DNA from: Methanotrichaceae archaeon
GTDB taxonomy: Archaea; Halobacteriota; Methanosarcinia; Methanotrichales; Methanotrichaceae
NCBI GenBank assembly: GCA_963803145.1
Contig: CAWDLW010000051.1
Location: 1-44,897 of the forward strand
Direction of reading: 5' to 3'
Length of the DNA: 44,897 nt
The notes beneath the pieces were generated by a model. The model was not told the origin of the DNA. It searched no databases and saw only the letters and a program-made list of their open reading frames with translations. A program made the position numbers and the translations under genes. Within the stretch, counting starts at the first letter, position 1. Every line of letters begins with the position of its first letter. Of this stretch, positions 29,637 to 38,332 are shown in pieces.

Positions 29637-29807
29637 TTATGGATATAGTTTATCGCCTATCTTAACGCGAGCGCCTTCTGGAAAGCAAAGAATTATTTTA
29701 CCTTCGCGTATTTCCTTGAATGCCGATTTGATATTAGCCTTAAGTTCTGTTGTGCTTTCCATTATCTGTTCTAGTTCACTAATTCTCTTTGAAGATCGAT
29801 TTTCCAT
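29637..29807 (-). CDS. 56-aa hypothetical cargo protein
   Basis: Hand-translated MENRSSKRISELEQIMES...GDKLYP; strong GAGGTGA RBS. Confidence 0.55.
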   Translation of the reverse strand: MENRSSKRISELEQIMESTTELKANIKSAFKEIREGKIILCFPEGARVKIGDKLYP

Positions 29808-30857
29808 AAAATCACCTCATAACTTTTAACAAAAATTGATTAGTTCTAACTAAAAGCGCTATAAAAACGAGCCTAAAGCATTTATATTCTCCCTTTAAAA
29901 AGCCTGAGTTCTTTAATATTTAAAAATCGGATTATTGATAATTTATAAACAATTAAATCTTATGCGTGATAGAATTTTCTTTCCTTTGTGAGAATATTAA
30001 ATATATGCACATCATTAAGTTTAAATCCTGGCATGCTTTTAATTTATCTTAGCAACTAGATTCAACGCGTTTTCTTTTCTTCACGACAGAAGAGAAGATG
30101 CTGAGAGGATAGTTGACTACGTAAATCGAGGTGAGATATTTGACACGAGAAATCGTGCACGCAGTGAAAATTGTATTGCACCTCATACTGCTGCTGATGA
30201 CTGTATTAGGCTATTAGCAGTAGCGTAGCCCGAAATTGCCAAGCATTCGCCACATTCACTAGAATGCTTGGCATAAGTACGGCGCGAGTTCTTTTTTAGA
30301 AGATTGTAATAATGAGAATGGCAGACTCAAAGAGCCCGCCATTCAAGGATATTAAGTCGAGCCAACCACAGCCAGACTTCAATCCTCCTACCTATGATAC
30401 CTAGCGCCTCACCACGCACGACCGTGAAAGAGGCCATTCTTTCTAAAGCTTGTAGTTTCGCAGACCACGACAAGAGCCACGCAGTGATGAAACTCTTGCG
30501 TAGCCCGCTACCGATGCCACATATCGGATATGCTACGCCTTAGAAATTGGACATCGATAGGTAATACTTCTTTTGAAGGAAGTAATATTTAGCTTTTCTC
30601 TCTTTAATTCGCTTTTAGAGCGCCTTTTTAAACTTTCTTGATTAGCAATCGATCGATTTATATCTTTTCTCCCTAAATGCGCGATAATCATAACATATTA
30701 AACATATTTATTCCATTAGCTGGCATTTAGCAACATGAGGTTGTTACGATTCCCTTATCCGCCGACCATCATGCAACAATACCAACAACCGATTTTTGAC
30801 ACCAAAAGATTCAGACCAAAACAACCTAAGACTTTACAGAACCTCTGGCCAAAACCG

Positions 30858-30903
30858 TTATATCCGTAACAATTGTTACATTACCCAGTTAACAATTGTG
30901 AAT
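30858..30903 (+). promoter_or_regulatory. Antiporter promoter: TATA box plus tandem palindromes
   Basis: TTATAT at 30858, GTAACAATTGTTAC (30866-30879), GTTAACAATTGTGAAT (30888-30903). Confidence 0.75.
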
Positions 30904-30909
30904 AAAGGT

Positions 30910-32213
30910 ATGTGGATGCTGGGACGCCAGAATGGCCTGCTATGGATCATAACATTAGCGCTAGCAGGATTTGCAGCTGCACAAGGCTACCCTGTGCTTT
31001 TTCAGCTATGGCTTCTTCTCGCATCAGCTCTGTTTTTCGGCAATCTTGCAAGACGCATGGGCCAGCCTGCAGTGCTTGGCGAGATACTGGCAGGTATAAT
31101 TCTTGGGCCGACTGTACTCGGCTGGCTGGCACCAGATGTGCAGCCCTGGCTGTTCCCTAAAAACCAAATTGTCCAGACGATAGCGTATATTGGGCTGATA
31201 CTGTTTGTATTCACCGCCGGCCTTGAGGTCAATCTGGCCTACGTAAGACGCCGAAGACGAAGTGCTCTGCTTACCAGCATCTCAGGCGTAATTCTGCCAT
31301 TTGCACTGGGATTTGGTATGGTCACTCTGCTGCCTTGGCTATGGAGCATTCCGTCTGGCGATCTGAGAATCTTTGCGCTCTTCATGGGAACAGCTCTCTC
31401 CATATCAGCCCTTCCGGTCATAGCCAGAATCCCCTCATGGATCTCGATCTCATGAAGATGGAGCTGGGCTCAATGATAATAAGTGCCGCAACGATCGATG
31501 ATATCATCGGGTGGTCTCTCTTCGCCCTTATCTTGAGCATCTTGAATACCGGAATGGGCCTGGCGCTTAACCTGAGCCTGACTGTAGGAGCCCTTGCTCT
31601 GACAATCTACTTAATACATTTAGAAGCTAGAAATGATGCTATATTGCATTCTCGTCATATTGGAAGCCTCATAGATATAGTGGCGATATCCATGCTGGCC
31701 ATATCATTTGTAGCTGAGGCCATAGGTACTCACGGCATCGTATGTGCCTTCCTGTCAGGAGTTATCCTCTCTCAGAGGCACGTTAGACGAGACCTTATCC
31801 TGAAAAATATACGTCCTCCGGCCATGGATATACTGGTGCCGATTTATTTTGCCTCCATAGGGCTTAAAGCAAACTTTGTAACCAACGTCGATCTGACCAT
31901 TGTTATTCTAATTTTCATAGTGGCCTGTGCAGGCAAGATTATTGGAGCAAGCTCTGGAGCAATGGCTGGCGGTATTGCTAGAAAAGAAGCATTAGCAATC
32001 GGGTTCGGAATGAACGCCAGAGGGGCAATGGAAATCGCTCTAGCATCCGCTGCACTAGACTACGGCTTAATCGACCAGCGTATCTTTGTGGCCTTGGTAA
32101 TCATGGCTCTCGCAACATCGATGATTAGTGGCTCGATGATCCAGCATTTCATATCTAAGCCGCTTAGTGAAGGATATTCAGGAATCAGGCCATCCTCCTC
32201 GATCCATGATTGA
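30910..32213 (+). pseudogene. CPA2 cation:proton antiporter, frameshifted near 31430
   Basis: QPAVLGEILAGIILGP...ISALPVIARI continues as LMDL...AATIDD...PIYFASIG...ARGAME in another frame; break at ATCCCCTCATG. Confidence 0.85.
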
Positions 32214-32339
32214 TAAAAATTATAGGTTATCTTCGGAAACAAATCAGAACCGATAGGTCGATAGGGGATAAATAGAAGACATGCAAAAATCGAATATTAC
32301 TATGGCTATTATTTGCAGCACAATTTCTCTCACTTCGCC

Positions 32340-32834
32340 TCACAAGCGATTGTCTCCTGAGCCGCGAACATCGATTCTTCTGCGCTCAGAGAGTCCCTGC
32401 AGCTCCTCATATATCACAGAAAGAGCTTTATCTTGAGCTTCCAGGTGTTCAAGAACGATGCGAATCTCCTCTTCCGCCTTTTCATTTACCATGCAATTAT
32501 GGCACATCCTGACCCTATCTCGCTCGTCCTCCCTGTTTTGGCTTATCATGATAATTGAGGCTGCATAAGCGGCTTCAAGGGATAGAACCAGGTTCATTAA
32601 AACGAAAGGGTACGGATCCCAGCGATAAAACCATCCCGAAACATTCAGCGCTGCCCATGCACCGAATATAATAGTTTGCCATATGATGAAATTCCAGGAA
32701 CCAACCGTTCTGGCAATCCAATCGGCGGCTCTTTGTTTATAGGTAATATGCTCGCCGCAAATCTCATCGACATCGCAAACAGAAGGATGCTCATGCTTAT
32801 ACGGCTCAGGAAACTCAAGCTTATTCAAAGGCAT
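32340..32834 (-). CDS. DUF1003 family membrane protein
   Basis: ADWIARTVGSW, WDPYPFVLMNL and IIMISQNR motifs. Confidence 0.9.
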   Translation of the reverse strand: MPLNKLEFPEPYKHEHPSVCDVDEICGEHITYKQRAADWIARTVGSWNFIIWQTIIFGAWAALNVSGWFYRWDPYPFVLMNLVLSLEAAYAASIIMISQNREDERDRVRMCHNCMVNEKAEEEIRIVLEHLEAQDKALSVIYEELQGLSERRRIDVRGSGDNRL

Positions 32835-32958
32835 AAATTAATAGACCGGACGAGTGTTTTATAAATACTTTTTCGAGACTCATAAGAGTAAACACAAAAT
32901 CTAAAAAAGGGTTAACGATCTTCGCGTACTGGTCCAGATCCGGCGAGAATTCTATATC

Positions 32959-33561
32959 TCATACTTGTGTTGCCTTAAAGGAGGCTGTATTCAGCCCATA
33001 CAGACTCTGACGTGCATCTTGGAAGTAAAAGCACTCCTTGATCACGCGCTCATCTTTAAGCCTGCTTAAGGCATACCGGACAGTTCTCGGCGGAAGGTCT
33101 GTCTTGCTTATGAGATCCTTCTGCGTCAGAGGACCATCAGATGTCAGGACATTGAAGACAAGCCGTGCGGAAGGCGGCAGATACTCTACAACATCCAGAT
33201 CAGGCGGACCTACTTCATCAGAATAAGCTGAAGAAGCACTAGGATATGTGCTTACTTTGCCAGAGTATGGAGAAACTGCCCATGCGCCTTCCTTGCTCTC
33301 CGAACGGGAGCTGCCCTTGCCGAGGTAAGAATAGCCAAGACCGTACACTTCTATACTGGAAGATGGCGAGATCTGACCGGGACAGACGCATATCTGGGAA
33401 GTGCAGGAACCATCTGGGGTTTTGCCGCAGCAATCCATCCCTTTTGAACCGCCACAACACCCGGACATGCAAGCACAATTCTTTCCAGTGGGCATTGAGA
33501 GAGCGGGGGCTACAATAAGGCTGAGGATTGCTAACGTCACGAGCAGTTTTATAATCTTCAT
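32959..33561 (-). CDS. Signal peptide, Cys-rich segment and C-terminal wHTH regulator (paralog of 22033)
   Basis: GGAGGT RBS before ATG 33561; MKIIKLLVTLAILSLIVAPALS; 9 Cys in 32 aa; C-terminal LPPSARLV..TQKD..RTVRYALSRLK..FYFQDARQSLYGLN. Confidence 0.8.
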   Translation of the reverse strand: MKIIKLLVTLAILSLIVAPALSMPTGKNCACMSGCCGGSKGMDCCGKTPDGSCTSQICVCPGQISPSSSIEVYGLGYSYLGKGSSRSESKEGAWAVSPYSGKVSTYPSASSAYSDEVGPPDLDVVEYLPPSARLVFNVLTSDGPLTQKDLISKTDLPPRTVRYALSRLKDERVIKECFYFQDARQSLYGLNTASFKATQV

Positions 33562-33584
33562 CCCACTTACCTCCAGTTCCCTCT

Positions 33585-33608
33585 TGGAGTTCACAATTGT
33601 GAACTCCA
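33585..33608 (-). promoter_or_regulatory. Perfect 24-bp palindromic operator TGGAGTTCACAATTGTGAACTCCA
   Basis: Core begins 31 bp downstream of the minus-strand TTATATA box of the HTH-fusion gene. Confidence 0.8.
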
Positions 33609-33932
33609 TAGAAAGGAGGAGTTATCAATATATAAAAAGCTATCTGAATATACGATGAGTTATCGCCTAAACTTGGACAATATATATTTGGCCGCCCTGG
33701 AACGCCTAATTATAGCGGCCCTGAAAAGCAATCATGTGCAAGCATATTGACATTTTCATTGGACTTTCACCACATATATGCATATTTATTTGGAATATAT
33801 TTACTAGTAATCACAATTAGCTGCGCAAACTACCACCGACATTTGCCTAAACCCAAATCGTCATATGGGATTGAAGTTTATCTTCTTGATGTAAGCTGTG
33901 CGCCAGTCCACTGGATGATAGGTGGGAATCGA

Positions 33933-34448
33933 ATGAAGAAATTAGCTATAATATCAACAATCCTGCTTTTTGCAGGAATCGGATTGACTCTTGGAGAAAC
34001 TGGACATTGCGGCTGCTCAGGCAGTTCAACATGTCTGCAAGCCACATGTGCACCGAACTGCGGAGGCTCGTGTGTTCAGGGTGCCAATATTGCATCCCCA
34101 TGCGGAACCAAATGCCCCAGCAATGGGTGTGGGTCTGCAGGTGGCTGCCTTGCTTGCTGTGGAGCTAACTGCGCTGGCTGCTGCGGAAACTCGGCTACTC
34201 ATGGCACTCCTGCTGCATCAACATGCGGAGCCAATTGTCCCATTGCAGGGTGTGGGGCGGCCGGCGGCTGTCAGACTTGCTGCGGAGCTAACTGTCCTGC
34301 CTGCTGTGGAGGCTTAAATACTCAGAGTACACCTGCCGCATCGGCATGCGGAAATCACTGTCCTACGGGAAACTGTACAGCGGTTGGCGGCTGCCAGGCT
34401 TGCTGTGGAACTAACTGTGCTGCCTGCTGTGGTGTAGCCAATAGTTAA
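33933..34448 (+). CDS. Secreted Cys-rich repeat protein (metallothionein-like)
   Basis: Signal peptide; 33 Cys in 171 aa; three 9-Cys repeats; GGTGGGA RBS before ATG 33933. Confidence 0.85.
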   Translation: MKKLAIISTILLFAGIGLTLGETGHCGCSGSSTCLQATCAPNCGGSCVQGANIASPCGTKCPSNGCGSAGGCLACCGANCAGCCGNSATHGTPAASTCGANCPIAGCGAAGGCQTCCGANCPACCGGLNTQSTPAASACGNHCPTGNCTAVGGCQACCGTNCAACCGVANS

Positions 34449-34744
34449 GCAACTCCTGAAGGTAGGTATACCTACCTCACTAATTTTTATCCCGGTCTGA
34501 TTTGAAGCTTGAGTTTCACCAATTTACACCAAAAGGCTATGCATATGCTACATCAATACATTATCCTGATCTAAATCGCTTGCCTATACCCATTCTGTGC
34601 GGATAACACAGTTAAATGACTGCTGCTCGACTGAAATGGGCATCCCACAGTAAAGCTAGTACAAAATTTTATCTGCACATCTGTCACCGATTTATGGAAA
34701 ACATAATTATAACTATTTAGAGAAATATGATATGATGGAGTGAT

Positions 34745-34906
34745 ATGAGGATCATCGATCCAGTCTTCAAAATGGAATGCAACGTTAGGTATGCCTCATT
34801 CAGATCAGAATATGAAGGCAATATCTACTGCTTCTGCAGCCTCGCCTGTAAGAAAATGTTCGATAAAGATCCAAAGAAACATCAGGATTTTGGTAAGAGC
34901 GTATGA
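34745..34906 (+). CDS. YHS/TRASH domain protein (53 aa)
   Basis: Hand-translated MRIIDPVFKMEC...SEYEGNIYCFCSLACKKMFDKDPKK; GGAGTGA RBS; ATGA overlap with the next gene. Confidence 0.85.
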   Translation: MRIIDPVFKMECNVRYASFRSEYEGNIYCFCSLACKKMFDKDPKKHQDFGKSV

Positions 34907-35873
34907 AAATAGTTATTGCAGATCCCATATTTCTCACTGAAGAGTACAGGAAAAGGCTGGAAGCACTAGGCGAGCTGGAGATTTATGATAGCACGCCTGC
35001 ATCTCAAGAGGAGTTTCTTGAGAGGATAAAGGATGCTGAGATAGTAATAGTAGGAAGATATGGCTTTACAGCCGATGCTTTTCACTATGCCCCAAAGCTG
35101 AAAATGATTTCCCTGTGGCAGACGGGCTACGATAATGTCGATCTTGATGTGGCGACCGAACAGGGTGTGGTCGTCTCAAATGTCCCCAATTACGCCTTTG
35201 ACTCAGTAGCTGAGTTTGTCTCTTCGCCCTTGCACTTGATCTGCTTAGGAAGGTCCGTATTGCCGATGCGAGGCTACACAAAGGAAAATTCGATTGGAGA
35301 TGCTATGTTGGCAGACAGCTCATGGGCAAGACTATAGGAGTGCTCGGAACAGGCGATATAGGAAAGAGGGTTATACAGATCGCTCATGGGTTCAACATGA
35401 ATGTATTATCCACCACTGCTCACCCAAGCCCTGAGAAGGAAAAGGCTCTAGGAGTGAAGTTCGGAAACCTGGATACACTGCTTAGAGAGAGCGATATCGT
35501 AACCTTGCATGTGCCTCTAACGCCTGAGACAGAGCACATGATAGGTGAACGAGAGCTGGCCAAAATGAAGCCCACTGCCATCCTGATCAACACTGCAAGA
35601 GGCAAGATAGTGGATGAAGCTGCGTTAATAGATGCTCTCAGGTCGAGGAGGATCGCCGGAGCGGGCTTGGATGTCTTTGAGGAGGAACCGCTTCCAATGA
35701 ATAGCCCACTACTAGAGCTGGACAATGTCCTGCTGACACCCCATATAGCATTCCTCTCAGAGGAGTCGATAGACGAGTGCACATATATCTGCATCGAGAA
35801 CATAGAGATGTTTTTGAAGGGCAAGCCCCAGAATGTGGTAAACCCCTCTGTGCGCAGGGTAAATGTAAAGTAA
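34903..35873 (+). pseudogene. D-isomer 2-hydroxyacid dehydrogenase (glycerate/phosphoglycerate DH-like), frameshifted near 35220
   Basis: TGYDNVD..SVAEFV continues as FALALDLLRK..GKTIGVLGTGDIG..INTARG..TPHIA after an extra TC (GTC TC TTC). Confidence 0.88.
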
Positions 35874-35921
35874 TTACAGCCCCGAAATTCTATTAGATAT
35901 ATCCCCACGGAAGCTATACGG

Positions 35922-37946
35922 ATGGTTGAAGAACCACAGAAACCATATGAAAATGCCAAGCATAATATGGCAAAGCATCCGGACAAGCCTCATGAGGCAT
36001 ACGGCGGAAGGCATGAAGGCCATACCCTCGAAGACTTCAAGAGAAGATTCACAATATCATTAATACTAACAATTCCCATCCTGGCACTATCACCATTTAT
36101 CCAGAGCATATTTCAATTTGAACTGAATGCCCCTGGCTCGATCTACATCCTTTTCCTGCTCTCCACAATCGTATACTTCTACGGCGGCTATCCCTTTTTA
36201 AAGGGTCTTTTCCGCGAGATCAGGGATAATAACATCGGAATGATGACCTTGATCGCCACCGCCATCAGTGCTGCCTATTTTTACAGCTCCGCTGTGGCCT
36301 TCGGCTTGAGAGGCGAGGTATTCTTCTGGGAGCTTGCAACGCTAATTGATATCATGCTTCTCGGTCACTGGATCGAGATGCGTTCAGTTCTTGGAGCCTC
36401 ACGTGCTTTAGAGGAGCTGGTCAAGATAATGCCTTCTGAAGCCCATCTGATGAAAGATGGTCAGACTGTAGACGTCAAAGTTGAGGATTTAAAACCAGGA
36501 GATGAAGTTTTGGTTAAGCCTGGCGAAAAAGTGCCGGTAGACGGAGTTGTGATTGATGGGGGAACAAACGTAAATGAGTCAATGCTCACTGGTGAGTCAA
36601 AGCCTGTCCCCAAAAAGATAGGAGATCCGTTGATAGGTGGGTCAATCAACGAAGAGGGCGAAATAGCCGTGGAAGTAAAAAAGGTCGGCTCTGAGACCTA
36701 TCTAAGCCAGGTTATCGCCTTAGTCAAACAAGCTCAGGAAAGCAAGTCAAAGACACAAGACTTGGCTGATAATGCAGCCCGCATGCTTACAATAATATCA
36801 CTCAGCGTCGGAGCCATCACCCTTGTGGTCTGGCTTTTCTTTGTCAGAGATTCTGCCTTCGCAATCGAGAGGGCAATCACTGTTATGGTCATATCCTGCC
36901 CACATGCCCTAGGCCTGGCGGTTCCACTTGTGGTTGCAGTCTCGACATCTTTGGCTGCAAAATCCGGCCTGCTGATCAGAGATAGACAGGCGTTCGAAAA
37001 GGCAAAGGATCTTCAGGCGGTGGTCTTCGATAAGACCGGCACCTTGACAGAAGGCCGCTTTGGCGTAACAGATATCATTCTTCTCACAGAATTGAGTGAA
37101 GCTGATGTTCTTGGCCTGACAGCATCACTTGAGGCAAGCTCGGAACATCCGATTGCGTCAGGAATCGTGAACAGCTCCAAGGATAGAAACATCGAACTTC
37201 GGCAGGTGCATGACTTCAGGGCGCTTCCCGGAAAGGGCGTTGAAGGCACGATCGAAGGCAAAAGGCTGCTGGCCGTGAGTCCAGGATACCTGCGTGAAAA
37301 TAAAATCGATCTCAAGGACGAAAGGATAGAGAAGCTCGAGCAGCAGGGGAAAACTGTCATCTTTCTGCTCGAAGAGAACCGGCCCATCGGTGCCATCGCT
37401 CTGGCCGATATCATAAGAAAAGAATCCAGAGAAGCCATTGAAAAGCTGAGGGCAATGGGCATAAAATGTATGATGCTCACTGGAGACAACAGATTTGTAG
37501 CCAGATGGGTGGCTGAAGAATTGGGCATGGATGACTTTTTTGCCGAGGTTTTGCCTCATGAAAAATCAGAGGCGATAAAAAAGGTCCAGATGGATTACAT
37601 AGTGGCAATGGTTGGCGACGGGGTGAACGATGCTCCAGCGCTCGTACAGTCGGATGTGGGAATAGCCATAGGTGCAGGAACCGATGTTGCAGTTGAATCT
37701 GCAGATATAGTACTGGTGAGAAATGATCCAAGAGATGTTGCCTATATAATTACGCTATCTAGGAAGACCTACTCAAAGATGTTCCAAAATTTGGTTTGGG
37801 CCACCGGATATAACGCATTTGCAATCCCACTTGCTGCGGGAGTTCTTTACAGCTATGGCATACTGCTGAGCCCTGCCGCAGGTGCGATACTAATGAGCGC
37901 AAGCACTGTGATAGTTGCCGTAAATGCAAGGCTGCTGAAGATTTAA
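35922..37946 (+). CDS. copB: Copper-translocating P1B-3 type ATPase
   Basis: His-containing N-terminus; TGES, CPH, DKTGT, SEHP, GDGVND, YN and MSAST motifs. Confidence 0.93.
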   Translation: MVEEPQKPYENAKHNMAKHPDKPHEAYGGRHEGHTLEDFKRRFTISLILTIPILALSPFIQSIFQFELNAPGSIYILFLLSTIVYFYGGYPFLKGLFREIRDNNIGMMTLIATAISAAYFYSSAVAFGLRGEVFFWELATLIDIMLLGHWIEMRSVLGASRALEELVKIMPSEAHLMKDGQTVDVKVEDLKPGDEVLVKPGEKVPVDGVVIDGGTNVNESMLTGESKPVPKKIGDPLIGGSINEEGEIAVEVKKVGSETYLSQVIALVKQAQESKSKTQDLADNAARMLTIISLSVGAITLVVWLFFVRDSAFAIERAITVMVISCPHALGLAVPLVVAVSTSLAAKSGLLIRDRQAFEKAKDLQAVVFDKTGTLTEGRFGVTDIILLTELSEADVLGLTASLEASSEHPIASGIVNSSKDRNIELRQVHDFRALPGKGVEGTIEGKRLLAVSPGYLRENKIDLKDERIEKLEQQGKTVIFLLEENRPIGAIALADIIRKESREAIEKLRAMGIKCMMLTGDNRFVARWVAEELGMDDFFAEVLPHEKSEAIKKVQMDYIVAMVGDGVNDAPALVQSDVGIAIGAGTDVAVESADIVLVRNDPRDVAYIITLSRKTYSKMFQNLVWATGYNAFAIPLAAGVLYSYGILLSPAAGAILMSASTVIVAVNARLLKI

Positions 37947-38332
37947 CGTCAAACTGGCTACACCAATGTATCGTGCCATAAAGAGGTTTCTTAGAGCCGA
38001 TAATTACCCAGAATTATGGATTAGCTAGAAAGCCATGGGGATATCGATAAGATATCGATTTCTTAGTATCTGCTGAGATCTGCCAAAGCAGGCAAATCAC
38101 CCGAAAGCTGCAAGTCAATAATTTTAATTGCGTCAGATATGCCGAACTGTCTAGATTATCTCTAAATAAGATTATAACCTAGTAGATAGTTATTTAAGAT
38201 GGTGAAAATCCGCTTGTTGACTAATCCTGTAAGCATGCATGACCTTGGTTCAGGACAATGAAATTGGCTGACTCAAATCAATTATATACTAGTAGGGTAA
38301 CAGGGCGAATTATTTTCGATTAAGTGATATAT

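Larger units (their letters stand above)
27100..30843. mobile_element. IS6-like transposon with ~60-bp imperfect TIRs and small cargo ORFs
   Basis: Both ends read GGTTCTGTAAAGT-N4-GGTTGTTT, then TGTCAAAA.TCGGTTGTT at identical spacing (27100-27159; 30784-30843); DDE transposase inside; AT-rich interior; no target duplication seen. Confidence 0.75.
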
